A DNA stretch of 29,998 bases from positions 1 to 29,998 of the IMG/VR virus record IMGVR_UViG_3300020477_000716; one strand, written 5' to 3'. Shown here in pieces: positions 17,038-27,273 of this stretch. A model generated the notes under the pieces. The model saw only the letters and a list, made by a program, of their open reading frames with translations. It made no database searches and was not told where the DNA came from. Source of the DNA: a virus. Taxonomy: Duplodnaviria; Caudoviricetes. Numbering within the stretch: position 1 is the first letter of the stretch; the number at the start of each line of letters is the position of its first letter. Made by a program: the position numbers and the translations under genes.

Positions 17038-20000
17038 TGCCCAAGAGGGGATCGGCCAGAGTACCCGAGGGAAGCGACCCTTCAAGGCAGAGAAGGGCTT
17101 CACAGAGCGCGGCGGACAGGAACGCGCCACTGGGAAAACTGGCTGACAACAGTAGCTCGTGGTCTAACCAGATGACTCTGGGCTGGGGGGCTGGCCCGCT
17201 TGGCCTGACAATGACCGCCGAACCCGCCGACCCCAACGAAGGGCAGTCTGCTCTTTGGATGTCCAACGGAACGGGATACGGGAGTGCCGGTGAGATCATC
17301 ATAAAGACCAACGTGAACGGGGCGATCACCTACACCACGCTTTCTGGTTCTGGTGCTGACGACTTTGTTGACGGTCTTACGTTCAACACCGACAACGGAG
17401 TCCTGACAGCTTCAAGAACTGGCTCCTTGGCAGACCTCACCGTGGACTTGGACGGTCGGTGGATCACTTCAGAAGGTTTCACGGCTGGTGCCGGTCTTAC
17501 AAAATCGGGTACGCAATACTCACACGAGGACACCTCAAGTCAGGCCGGTACTGCCAACAGCGGGAGAACATACATACAGAATGTCACTCTGGACGGATTC
17601 GGCCACGTTACCGGATTGGTTTCAGCGACTGAGACAGAAGTGAAGCTCACGACCGAGGAGGTGCAAGACATCGTGGGGGCGATGTTCTCGTCGAACACGG
17701 AGACTAGGATTTCTGCGACATACCAAGACGGTGACGGAACGATTGACTTGGTGGTTGATGACATGACCGGCGGGGAGGCAAACGAGCCGTCGTTCAAGAC
17801 GATATCAGTCAGCGGGCAGGACAATGTGGTTGCGGAGGCTGATGACGACACTCTGACGCTTGCTCAAGCTGGCGGCATCACCATCACGACAACCCCAGCG
17901 TCTGATACCATCACGATTTCATCGGCAGACACGAATACGTGGAGGCCAGTCACGGCTGCTGGCAACACCCTAGAAACAGACGAAACACTGGCGTTCACAG
18001 CAGGGACCGGAATATCAATTGCGGAAGCTGACGGCGTGGTGACGATAACCAACACGTCTGCTGTCACCGACACCAACACCACGTACGAACTACTTGTCCC
18101 TGATGGAACCACAGCCATACGGCTCGACCCATCCACGGGAGACAACGACGACGTTACCATTACGGCTGGCACTGGCATCACCGTAACGCGAAACAGTGCC
18201 ACGGAGATGACGATTGGCTGTACGGTTACCGACACCAACACACAGGACGTGTCCAGATACGGGATCTCCTGTGTGGATGGGGCTGAAACCGACGAGGAAA
18301 TCATCCGCCTCAGTGGGACAATAAACGGGGTGGGGACCACGGACGACGTGATCCTTGAGGCGGGAACCGGACTTTCCATCGCTAGGTCGTCAGACAAGAT
18401 CACTTTCACCAACGAGGTGACGGACACGAACACCCAGTTGTCGGCAGAGGAGGTCCAAGACTTCGTTGGGGCGATGTTCGAGGACAACACAGAGACTCGT
18501 ATTTCGGTGACGTACGACGACGACAATGGGAAAATCAACCTAGTTGTCGACGACATGACAGCGGACACCACGTACAGCGCAGGGGACGGGCTAGACCTTG
18601 TGGGGACTGTGTTTTCTCACGAAGACACATCAAGCCAAGCTGACGTGAACAACAGCGGGAGGACCTACATACAAGATGTGACGCTGGACACGTTCGGCCA
18701 CGTCACTGGTTTGGTTTCCGCGACCGAGACAGTCGTGAACACCCACAGGACGGTTACAGCCGGTGGTAACACTCTGGCACAAGCCGAACCCCTAGCCTTC
18801 ACCGCTGGGACCGGCATTTCCATCACCGAGTCTGCGGGTGCAGTAACAATCACCAACGATGTGACAGACACCAACACCAACCAACTGACTGTGTGGCAGG
18901 TTCGCGATGGGTCAGACACGTTTGATGTGGCTCACGGCGACGATGTTTTGTTTGCAGCAACAGGGGCAGCATCCGTTGATGTCACATCTGACGGAGATGT
19001 GCGGACGGTAACTATTGGGGCGACGGACACAAACACAGACAACTACGCCGACTCCTTGGCCTTCGATACGTCGACAGGAGTCTTGACGGTTGGGCTTACA
19101 GGCTCTTTGTCAGACCTGACGGTGGACTTGGACGGGAGATACCTCCAGTCGGAGGGCAGCGACACCACCTACGACCTCCTTGTCCCCGATGGGACAACGG
19201 CTATACGCTTGGACCCGTCAACTGGAGACAATGACGACATAACGATCACTGGTGGTGCGAACGTCACTGTAACCCGCAACAGTGCCACCCAGATGACGAT
19301 AGCCAGCACGGACACAAACACGGTAACCAACGCATTCTCGACCGTGGCCGTGTCTGGTCAGCCAAGCGTGTTGGCGGATGGGACAGCCGACACGCTAACG
19401 CTCGCCAACGGCGACAACGTAACCATCACAACGAACGCCGGAACAGACACGGTAACCATTTCCTCCCAAGACACGACCTATTCGGCTGGCGACGCACTGG
19501 AACTCAGCGGGACGACGTTCAACCACGCCAACACATCCGATCAGACAGGCACATCCAACACGGGGAGGGTGTACATCCAGAACGTGGGTCTGGATGCCTA
19601 CGGTCACGTTACGTCCATTACGACTGCCACGGAGACGGTCACCGACACGACCTACGACGCAGGAGACGGCCTTGACCTGACAGGGACTACCTTCTCGGCA
19701 GACCTCAAGGCCAACGGCGGGCTTGTCATCGAGTCCACAGAGATTGCGGTCGATCTCGGGGCCTCAAACATCACAGGGACGCTTGCAGACGCCGACATAT
19801 CATCATCCGCCAACTGGAACACGGCTTACGGTTGGGGCAACCACGCAAGTGCTGGCTACATCACAACCGACACCAACACGACCTACTCGATTTCGTGTGT
19901 TGACGGGGCCGAAACCGACGAGGAGATCATCCGCCTGACGGCTGGTGGGTCTGGGTCTGGGACGGATGACATTGTCTTGGAGGCTGGTACAGGTCTTTCG

Positions 20001-23000
20001 GTTGCGAGGGATGGCGACAAGATCACGTTCACTAACACGGCCACCGACACCGACAACTATGTCGACTCCTTGGCTTTCGCCACTGGCACTGGAATCCTGA
20101 CGGTTGGCAGGACTGGCGCGTTGGCGGACCTCACGGTCGATTTAGACGGCAGATACCTAGAGTCAGAAACCTCCCACGCAGATGTTTTGGTTGACTCGGA
20201 ATTTGGTTCCGAGGGGTTGATGAAGAGGGGTGGCTCCGCTGGGACATACAGCATCGTCGCTGACGCCTCTGCCAACTGGAACACCGCCTACAGTTGGGGA
20301 GACCACGCAAGTGCTGGTTACGTCACAACCGACACGAACACGTGGAGGCCGGTTACGGCTGGTGGAAACACGCTGGGTTCGTCAGAGACTCTAGCCTTCA
20401 CTGCTGGCGATGGGGTCGACATCGCCGAGTCTGGCGGTGCGGTGACAATCAGTGCATCTGACGATTGGCTGAAAAACGACGCCGACGACACCACAACTGG
20501 GATCATCACGGCTGCGGGGTTCCGTACATCTGGCAAGATTGAGCATTACATTGGCACTGGGCCTCACGACTACACCCCCGACGCAGGAGGACACTTTATA
20601 GAGAGTGGTGCTGGCGGGTCGTTCTCGACGCGATGGAATGACACCTCAACAGCCAACGGGGGGACGGCATCCGAAGACTTCCGCCTAATCAATATTCCAT
20701 ACCCCACGCTCACATCTACAAACGGAGACGTGACCACCACCAACGCAACAACCCTGTACATTCAAGGGTCGCCGATCAACTTTGCGGGAGCGGGGTCCGA
20801 AACCACCATCACAAACCGATACGCCATCTATGTTGAGTCGGGCGTGTCTCGTTTCGGTGCCGTTGAAGCGACTTACCTCACACTCAACGACACGTATCTC
20901 AACAATGTACTGGAATCTACGGATACGTTTATCGACCACGACTTTTCCCTGATGACTGCGGGGGCAATCAAGAACAAGATTGAGAGCTATAACTACCTCA
21001 CGTCAGAAACCTCCCACGCAGATGTTGTGGTCGACGGGGATTTTGGTTCCAACGGCCTAATGAAAAGGACTGGTGCTGGGACATACGGCATCGTCGCCGA
21101 CGCTTCCGCCAACTGGAACACCGCCTACGGTTGGGGAGACCACGACGCTGCTGGTTATCAAGCCGCCCTCACGTTCGGCATTGCAAACACCAACTCCGTA
21201 AGGGTCGATGACGCCGACGCAGCGGACGACGACTACGCAAAGTTCACGGCTACCGGCATTGAGGGTCGGAGCTACGGCGAGGTGAAGACTGACCTCTCCC
21301 TCAACAACGTGGAGAACACAGCCCTGTCCACTTGGGCTGGCACGTCCAACATCACCACCGTTGGCACTATTGCCACTGGAACGTGGACAGCTACAGATGT
21401 GGCGATTCTGCACGGTGGCACTGGGGCGTCTAATGCAAGTGACGCAAGAGACAATTTGGGTGTCGATGCTGCGGGGACGGACAACTCGCCCACATTGTCC
21501 ATTGCCGCCGGTTTGAACTACATCAGTGCTGGGGGGACGAAGGGGCATACGCTCACGCTGGGGGCGGTGGACCTCGCTGACGATGTTACCGGCGAACTTC
21601 CGGCCTCGGCTGTCCAAGACAAGTTCCTGAGGAACGATGGTGACGACGAAACAAGTGGGGTTATTACGGCGAAGGGGGTACACAAAACAACAGGGACACA
21701 CGACTACACGCCCAGCAACAAAGGCCACTTTATAAACACGGACGCTGGGTCAGGGTTTTCTGACACTTGGAGAGACGATGATACGGCCAACGGGGGGACA
21801 GCAGCCGAAGACTTCCGCCTTGTGAACTTGGGCCAGCAGACCTTGAGATCGGAAAATGGTGACGTAACCACCACCAATGCGACAACTCTATATGTCGCAG
21901 GGCCACCGGTACAAACTACTGACGGGAGTTCGCCGGGGGTCCAGAACCTCATAACAAACGCCTACTCCCTCTGGGTTGATTATGGGGTGTCGCGATTCGA
22001 CAGCGAAATCATAATCAACGACAGATTCACACTCAGCCCGTACGGGCAGGACCCCGTGACTGTCAGACAGATTCAGACATCTTCGGAGACTTTCGATAAC
22101 CTCGACACCACCCTGATGACTGCGGCTGCAATAGCCGACAAGATCGAGTCCTACAGCTACTCTACGACGACCGGAACCGTCACCAGTGTGGCCATCAACG
22201 GCGTCGACGGCATCGACGTAGACAGCGGGTCTCCGATCACAAGTGCTGGGACGATAACGCTTGGCCTGAGCGACATCGCCAACGACAAGCTAGCCAACTC
22301 CTCCGTGTCCTATGGGGGTGTCTCTCTGTCTCTAGGCGATACGGATGCCACACCTGCGTTCAACCTTCAAGACGCCACTGGCTATCCCACGAGCAGTCTG
22401 ACGGGAACCATTACCAACGCACAACTGGACGGGAGCATCGCCAACGGCAAGCTGGCCAACAGTACGGTCACGGTTGGCAGCACCTCCATAGCTCTGGGTG
22501 CGACCCAAACAGCGTTCGCCGGTCTGACCAGCATGCAGATTCTGGGGACGACGACTGTTGAAACCAAAATCGCTGGCATCACGATTGACGCTGCGTTTGT
22601 GCAAAAGACAGCGGGCGGTGACACCGCCCTTACGATTGAACCTTCAGGGAGAATCACATCAGACAGCGGACTCCGATGTTACGGGGCGTCTTCAGTCCTC
22701 GGCCCCAAGGGCGGCGGGACGGTGAACTTCATCGCCAACGAGGGCGTCCAGACCCTGTTGAACGGGGGCATCGCTGCTGACAGTGCTGTCGTAACAGTCG
22801 ATTCCACTGAAGGAATGTCGGCCGATGACCACATAATCTTCAGTGCCGCTGGGTCGGATTCCACGGCGTCCGCAGATCAGAATCACGGGTTCACAATTGA
22901 CTCCGTGGACAGCGAAACCCAGATAACACTGAACACCAACGCTTACACTGGTTCCGCCCCAGCTTGGGCGGCAGACAACGCTTGGGTCGATATTGTCGGG

Positions 23001-23732
23001 ACCGGCAATATGACCTTCCGCAACTCCAACGTCAACGATAACCCCAGCGGTGCGAAAAGAAACCTCCAGTTTGATTACGCAGGGGACAGCTTGGGCCGGA
23101 ACGGCGGCGAACTGAAGTTTAGAACGTACCGCAGGAGAACACCTGTAACAGACCCCGCCACGCCGACGACAGTCGAACGGCTGACGGTAGATGCAGACGG
23201 CAAGCTGGAGTTCAACCCCGAGCAGAAATCGACAGCAGACTTCAAGGCGTCTAGTTCTGGGTCGGCCAACATGCTCGTAGTTGATGCGAGCGAGGATCGG
23301 GTCGGGGTCAACACGGGTTCGCCAAAGGCCACCCTTCACGTCAACGGAAGTTCGGCTTTTCATATCGCGGGTAAAAAGAGCGGCAACTTCACAACCACTG
23401 CCACCCAGAACATTGTAACCCTCAGGGTCAACGACGACGGAGAAACCACAGCCACAGCCCCTGCGGCATTCGAGAAGGGCAGGGTTATCCGGTACGTTAT
23501 GCATACAGTAGAGAGCGGCAACACCGGATGGTTTACCATTGCCCCCAACACAGGTCAGCAAATCGAAAAAAACGATGAGTTTGGGTCCACGAACGACGGG
23601 ACCCGTGGCGACCAACTGAAGCATGTTGGGGAAATGATCACCCTGATCGGGTCGAACTCGGATAACGTTTGGATCGCGGTCAAGTCTGGGTCTGCCGCAC
23701 AAGGTGACGGTGGCATGCCCGGAGGTGGCTAG
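17037..23732 (+). CDS. Long tail fibre (~2231 aa) built from repeated Thr/Asp/Gly-rich modules
   Basis: TAATG coupling with GGAGG upstream gives start 17037 (MPKRGS). Fibre motifs AGTGISI, AGDGLDL, LDxFGHVT, ANWNTAYGWGxH, GSIANGKLANS and C-terminal RVGVNTGSPKATLHVNG. Confidence 0.88.
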   Translation: MPKRGSARVPEGSDPSRQRRASQSAADRNAPLGKLADNSSSWSNQMTLGWGAGPLGLTMTAEPADPNEGQSALWMSNGTGYGSAGEIIIKTNVNGAITYTTLSGSGADDFVDGLTFNTDNGVLTASRTGSLADLTVDLDGRWITSEGFTAGAGLTKSGTQYSHEDTSSQAGTANSGRTYIQNVTLDGFGHVTGLVSATETEVKLTTEEVQDIVGAMFSSNTETRISATYQDGDGTIDLVVDDMTGGEANEPSFKTISVSGQDNVVAEADDDTLTLAQAGGITITTTPASDTITISSADTNTWRPVTAAGNTLETDETLAFTAGTGISIAEADGVVTITNTSAVTDTNTTYELLVPDGTTAIRLDPSTGDNDDVTITAGTGITVTRNSATEMTIGCTVTDTNTQDVSRYGISCVDGAETDEEIIRLSGTINGVGTTDDVILEAGTGLSIARSSDKITFTNEVTDTNTQLSAEEVQDFVGAMFEDNTETRISVTYDDDNGKINLVVDDMTADTTYSAGDGLDLVGTVFSHEDTSSQADVNNSGRTYIQDVTLDTFGHVTGLVSATETVVNTHRTVTAGGNTLAQAEPLAFTAGTGISITESAGAVTITNDVTDTNTNQLTVWQVRDGSDTFDVAHGDDVLFAATGAASVDVTSDGDVRTVTIGATDTNTDNYADSLAFDTSTGVLTVGLTGSLSDLTVDLDGRYLQSEGSDTTYDLLVPDGTTAIRLDPSTGDNDDITITGGANVTVTRNSATQMTIASTDTNTVTNAFSTVAVSGQPSVLADGTADTLTLANGDNVTITTNAGTDTVTISSQDTTYSAGDALELSGTTFNHANTSDQTGTSNTGRVYIQNVGLDAYGHVTSITTATETVTDTTYDAGDGLDLTGTTFSADLKANGGLVIESTEIAVDLGASNITGTLADADISSSANWNTAYGWGNHASAGYITTDTNTTYSISCVDGAETDEEIIRLTAGGSGSGTDDIVLEAGTGLSVARDGDKITFTNTATDTDNYVDSLAFATGTGILTVGRTGALADLTVDLDGRYLESETSHADVLVDSEFGSEGLMKRGGSAGTYSIVADASANWNTAYSWGDHASAGYVTTDTNTWRPVTAGGNTLGSSETLAFTAGDGVDIAESGGAVTISASDDWLKNDADDTTTGIITAAGFRTSGKIEHYIGTGPHDYTPDAGGHFIESGAGGSFSTRWNDTSTANGGTASEDFRLINIPYPTLTSTNGDVTTTNATTLYIQGSPINFAGAGSETTITNRYAIYVESGVSRFGAVEATYLTLNDTYLNNVLESTDTFIDHDFSLMTAGAIKNKIESYNYLTSETSHADVVVDGDFGSNGLMKRTGAGTYGIVADASANWNTAYGWGDHDAAGYQAALTFGIANTNSVRVDDADAADDDYAKFTATGIEGRSYGEVKTDLSLNNVENTALSTWAGTSNITTVGTIATGTWTATDVAILHGGTGASNASDARDNLGVDAAGTDNSPTLSIAAGLNYISAGGTKGHTLTLGAVDLADDVTGELPASAVQDKFLRNDGDDETSGVITAKGVHKTTGTHDYTPSNKGHFINTDAGSGFSDTWRDDDTANGGTAAEDFRLVNLGQQTLRSENGDVTTTNATTLYVAGPPVQTTDGSSPGVQNLITNAYSLWVDYGVSRFDSEIIINDRFTLSPYGQDPVTVRQIQTSSETFDNLDTTLMTAAAIADKIESYSYSTTTGTVTSVAINGVDGIDVDSGSPITSAGTITLGLSDIANDKLANSSVSYGGVSLSLGDTDATPAFNLQDATGYPTSSLTGTITNAQLDGSIANGKLANSTVTVGSTSIALGATQTAFAGLTSMQILGTTTVETKIAGITIDAAFVQKTAGGDTALTIEPSGRITSDSGLRCYGASSVLGPKGGGTVNFIANEGVQTLLNGGIAADSAVVTVDSTEGMSADDHIIFSAAGSDSTASADQNHGFTIDSVDSETQITLNTNAYTGSAPAWAADNAWVDIVGTGNMTFRNSNVNDNPSGAKRNLQFDYAGDSLGRNGGELKFRTYRRRTPVTDPATPTTVERLTVDADGKLEFNPEQKSTADFKASSSGSANMLVVDASEDRVGVNTGSPKATLHVNGSSAFHIAGKKSGNFTTTATQNIVTLRVNDDGETTATAPAAFEKGRVIRYVMHTVESGNTGWFTIAPNTGQQIEKNDEFGSTNDGTRGDQLKHVGEMITLIGSNSDNVWIAVKSGSAAQGDGGMPGGG
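17358..22160 (+). repeat. Dispersed, shuffled intragenic repeat modules in the fibre gene
   Basis: About ten module types, each present 2-3 times. Examples: LADLTVDLDGR at ~17358, 19038, 20052; LLVPDGTTAIRLDPSTGDNDD at ~18081, 19167; 25 identical nt at 20162-20186 and 21002-21026. Confidence 0.9.
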
Positions 23733-23775
23733 CTTTACAGCAAGTCAAACAAGCACAACTTCATAGGACCAACCC

Positions 23776-24027
23776 ATGGCAACCTTAGTCATCACCTATC
23801 CCGACGAACACAAAGACCGCATCGTAGACGCTATATGCGAGAAGTTCGGGTACGACGACTTAGAAGAAGAAGAGGCGATGTCCAAGGAGGATTTCGTTAG
23901 GATGCAGATTGCGAACTGGGTAAAGGGGCATGTAATCGCCCGAGAGCATCGTCTGGCTTCTAAGTCGATCCTCAAAGAAATCGAAAGCGACGTGATGTCC
24001 GTGGACATCGGCGTGGGAGAGGAGTAG
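23776..24027 (+). CDS. Small acidic hypothetical protein (possible fibre chaperone or partner)
   Basis: AGGA RBS; 83 aa, helical; immediately downstream of the fibre gene. Confidence 0.65.
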   Translation: MATLVITYPDEHKDRIVDAICEKFGYDDLEEEEAMSKEDFVRMQIANWVKGHVIAREHRLASKSILKEIESDVMSVDIGVGEE

Positions 24028-24029
24028 TC

Positions 24030-25634
24030 ATGGGTAGTAGGCGAAGCGACGAAGGCGGCTCCACTTCGTGGACCGGCAGCGGCGGCTTTTTCGACAAGGT
24101 GCTTGGCATCGACCCAAATCGCAGCGGATTGGGAGGAGACATCGCCCGCACCCTGATGAGTGTGGAGACTGCGACAGGGCCGCAGGGCAATGCGGTGCCA
24201 GACCCAAACGACTTCGGCGAAACATTGACCGAGACTGAGCAAAGGGTGGGGTGGTACGACGCACCAGACCACCTACGGCAAGATGACGGAACCGTCCTGA
24301 CACAAGACGAATACGATTTCGGGCAAGGGTGGACGGATGTCCACGGTAGGCTCTGGACGGATCACAGCCAGCCCACCTTTGCTCACGACGCAGCAGCATT
24401 CAACTATGGTTCGGGTCTTGCACTGGGTCAGGGGCTGAACACCCTTGGTCAGGGACCCAGCCTTGCGGAGTTGGCGAAAAGCGTTGGCTTCTTCGAGGGA
24501 CTCGGTCCACTCGACTTTGAGTCCGCTGGATACGTCCTAAACACGGAAACCAACCTGTGGGAATTGAGCGACGAAAGAAGGGCAGAGCTTGAGTCTTTGG
24601 GGATCGGTACCGGCTCACATCCGCTGGCAGAAGCCTTTCCTGAACTGTACGGGGCAGAGGCCACCGACGCCTCTCGCAGAGCCTACGCAGACACGTTTAG
24701 TTTTTATGACGGACCCACGGTCCTCGATCCACCAGAGACAACTCCAGACCCAGTACCTTATAACACTCTTGGTGGTCCTATCGGACCCGATCCTGACCTC
24801 GGTAATCAGCCCCCCGGCGAGCCGCTCATACCAGACGAAGAACCAACAGACGGCCCGTTGCTCATCGGACCCGATCCTGACCTCGGTAATCAGCCCCCCG
24901 GCGAGCCGCTTATACCAGTCGAAGAACCAACAGACGAGGCTGACCCAATGGCTAACGAACAAGCCCAACAACCGTACAACTTTCCGCACCTCTCGCCACA
25001 GTCTCAGGCTTTCTTTGACCAAGCGTCAATGTCCGCTCTGAGCAGATTTAACACAAAGCTGTTCGACCCCGACCATGGCACTCTGGCTGAGTTGGAAGAC
25101 AGTATTCCAACTGACTGGTCACAAAAACTGCCGGACAACCCCGAATTGGCCGCTCTCTTTACAAAAGGTGACGCTGCGGATAAGGAATCGAGACTGCTCG
25201 AACTCTACGGATTGCAGGCGAGCATGGGGCTTATCGGCGGGACCATGGATCAGACCATGAGAGCAATTGATATAGCCGAGCAAGACGCTCTCAGGGATTA
25301 CGGCGGGGCGTACAAGCAAAGGAGATCCGATCTCGGTCAGAGCATGTTCCAAGCAGGCGTCTCGCCGGGGTCGACCGCCTATCAAAACGCCATGTCGGGA
25401 GCCGCAGGTTCCGCCGCTGCGGGTCGCCGCGACATATACAACCAAGGGTTGCAGAACCGTGCCGCCATTGCTGCGTCCGCTGCGGACCAGATGGTCGCAC
25501 TGATAACGGGCGTTGACTTCTCGTCGTCACTCGGTGGGGTAGATGCCTTCAACATGGCGCAGCAGGTGGGTGCTTCGGGAGCGGGAGGCCGCGACGCACA
25601 CAATTTCCCTTGGGGGCAGTTAGGAGCAGGATAA
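24030..25634 (+). CDS. Putative internal virion (ejection) protein 1
   Basis: GAGGAG RBS; 534 aa. Acidic N-half, Pro-rich repeat linker and an Ala/Gly/Gln-rich helical C-half like pilot/ejection proteins. First of three large genes after the tail. Confidence 0.6.
   Translation: MGSRRSDEGGSTSWTGSGGFFDKVLGIDPNRSGLGGDIARTLMSVETATGPQGNAVPDPNDFGETLTETEQRVGWYDAPDHLRQDDGTVLTQDEYDFGQGWTDVHGRLWTDHSQPTFAHDAAAFNYGSGLALGQGLNTLGQGPSLAELAKSVGFFEGLGPLDFESAGYVLNTETNLWELSDERRAELESLGIGTGSHPLAEAFPELYGAEATDASRRAYADTFSFYDGPTVLDPPETTPDPVPYNTLGGPIGPDPDLGNQPPGEPLIPDEEPTDGPLLIGPDPDLGNQPPGEPLIPVEEPTDEADPMANEQAQQPYNFPHLSPQSQAFFDQASMSALSRFNTKLFDPDHGTLAELEDSIPTDWSQKLPDNPELAALFTKGDAADKESRLLELYGLQASMGLIGGTMDQTMRAIDIAEQDALRDYGGAYKQRRSDLGQSMFQAGVSPGSTAYQNAMSGAAGSAAAGRRDIYNQGLQNRAAIAASAADQMVALITGVDFSSSLGGVDAFNMAQQVGASGAGGRDAHNFPWGQLGAG
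24780..24936 (+). repeat. Near-perfect tandem duplication (two 73-bp copies, 84-bp period)
   Basis: 24780-24852 versus 24864-24936 differ at 2 positions; encodes IGPDPDLGNQPPGEPLIP(D/V)EEPTD twice. Confidence 0.95.
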
Positions 25635-25635
25635 A

Positions 25636-27270
25636 ATGAGAATTTCAACAGGACCAAACCCCGGCACCATGGGGATGGCGGGGTATGTTGCCGGTGCCGC
25701 CGAGTACAAGGAAAAGCAACGGGCCATCGAGCGGCAGCAACGCCAGCAAGACATTGACAACATCTTTCGGGGTGTGTCGCTGGCTGCGGGGATGGTGTCT
25801 GGCGTCGCCAGTCCGTTTATCAACAGTGCCGCTGCAAAGCACACTGCACACTGGCAGAACGATCTGGCCATAAAGAAGCAGCAAGCGGCTGACAGACGGG
25901 CCAGAGATCCCGAGACCATTCGCCTAAACGCCGAGGCGGACGCCGAAAGGCAACTGGCTGGGCAGAAAGCCGCGATTGGACTCCAAAACAAGGGTCTTGA
26001 GTATCTGCGGTCTATAGGTCCAGCAGGTCCCGAGCGTTTCATCAGCAGGCCCAACGGCGACAGGGTGCGTGTTGGTGGCGGAAGCGGAATGCTGGACGAC
26101 GCTCAAATGCTGCGAGCGATACGTCAGCTTGACGGTCGCGTGGTGTCGATGGGCGGACAGGCTGCGGCTTCGGCAGACACCTCAGCAGACCGCTTCCAGA
26201 GAGCAATTCACACCGACACGCAGGGCAACCGGTTTGTCATCGGTAAGAACGCACACGGCGACACCATTACGGCACTGGATAACCCCCAGAGGGATCGGCA
26301 GCAGGCGGCGATGAAAGAAGCCACTACCTACTTCCGCACCCAAGATGCAGCCTACGGGCAAAAGTTGGCAGACAAGGGCGCACAACTAACCGAGAGACTG
26401 GCCCTGTCTGGGAAAACCCAACCCGAGATCGACGAAGCATTTGATGGGCTGGCCAGAAACCTAAAGAAGAACTGGCCGAAACCCCCAGAGCAGTTTAGGG
26501 AATTTTTCCCATCTAGGTATGAACAGCAGGACGATTTTGACCGGACTCCACTACACGAAGTAGACGTGAACCCCAACCCGAACGTGCCGCCGTTACCGAA
26601 ACGAACCCTAGGGGACCCGCAAGGAAACGACATCCCCGTTACAAAGCCTGAAAGCTTTACTGATGGCCCAGACATCAACGAACTAGAGAGAGAGAGACAA
26701 AGGAGAGAACAGGAAAAGCTTGAGGTTGACCGGATCGTCAAGGCTATGAAGAGAGGCCACGAAGCCACGGCTCAAGACCTCCCCAAGCTGGCCCAAATCG
26801 CAGAGGACCCCCGATTCAGAAAGAAACTGGTGGACATGGGTGGAGTGAAGTTCCACAACACCAAGGAGCGGTTTGACTCACGGAAACTTGTCGGCGCACT
26901 GGACATCATGCGTCAGGTCAACCACATTGAAATGGACTCCATGCACAGGAACAAAATGGTTCTCTCCATGACAGGGGAACAGGGCCGCAAACAACACTCG
27001 CTTCGCATGATGGCCGCAGACTGGCTACAGAGGTCCATGGAGCAGTACGAGTTGTCCGTGCAAAACGAGAAAGGGATCAAGGGCGGTCGACCCACGCTCT
27101 GGAACAAGAAGATCATCCAAATTCCTCCCGACCTCGACGAGGCAATTGAAAAGCCTTGGATCGTATTCGGAAGCATGTCTGACATCCTGCCTCCAGTGAA
27201 TCCGTACACCGAGACGCATGGCGGCTACGACATGCCCCCAGAGCCTTATCCAGCCGCAGGGAGTTTTTAG
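25636..27270 (+). CDS. Putative internal virion (ejection) protein 2
   Basis: 544 aa, 1 nt after the previous stop. Gly/Ala-rich N-terminus with a mildly hydrophobic segment (GVSLAAGMVSGVASPFI) and Q/R/E-rich coiled coils. Function inferred from synteny. Confidence 0.58.
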   Translation: MRISTGPNPGTMGMAGYVAGAAEYKEKQRAIERQQRQQDIDNIFRGVSLAAGMVSGVASPFINSAAAKHTAHWQNDLAIKKQQAADRRARDPETIRLNAEADAERQLAGQKAAIGLQNKGLEYLRSIGPAGPERFISRPNGDRVRVGGGSGMLDDAQMLRAIRQLDGRVVSMGGQAAASADTSADRFQRAIHTDTQGNRFVIGKNAHGDTITALDNPQRDRQQAAMKEATTYFRTQDAAYGQKLADKGAQLTERLALSGKTQPEIDEAFDGLARNLKKNWPKPPEQFREFFPSRYEQQDDFDRTPLHEVDVNPNPNVPPLPKRTLGDPQGNDIPVTKPESFTDGPDINELERERQRREQEKLEVDRIVKAMKRGHEATAQDLPKLAQIAEDPRFRKKLVDMGGVKFHNTKERFDSRKLVGALDIMRQVNHIEMDSMHRNKMVLSMTGEQGRKQHSLRMMAADWLQRSMEQYELSVQNEKGIKGGRPTLWNKKIIQIPPDLDEAIEKPWIVFGSMSDILPPVNPYTETHGGYDMPPEPYPAAGSF

Positions 27271-27273
27271 AAG

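Noticed and set aside
1260-23702. Long minus-strand ORFs (e.g. 1260-2342, 4425-5225, 6347-7306, 14638-15483, 22692-23702)
   Set aside because: All are antisense shadows of well-supported + strand genes, expected from GC-rich codon bias, and have no recognisable motifs.
22900-24030. Diversity-generating retroelement or invertible cassette acting on the fibre tip
   Set aside because: No reverse transcriptase, invertase, adenine-specific variant repeat or flanking inverted repeats seen in the window. Fibre repeats differ at all base types.
24780-24936. CRISPR-like array
   Set aside because: Only two long in-frame copies inside a CDS with an 11-nt gap; no repeat-spacer series and no cas genes.
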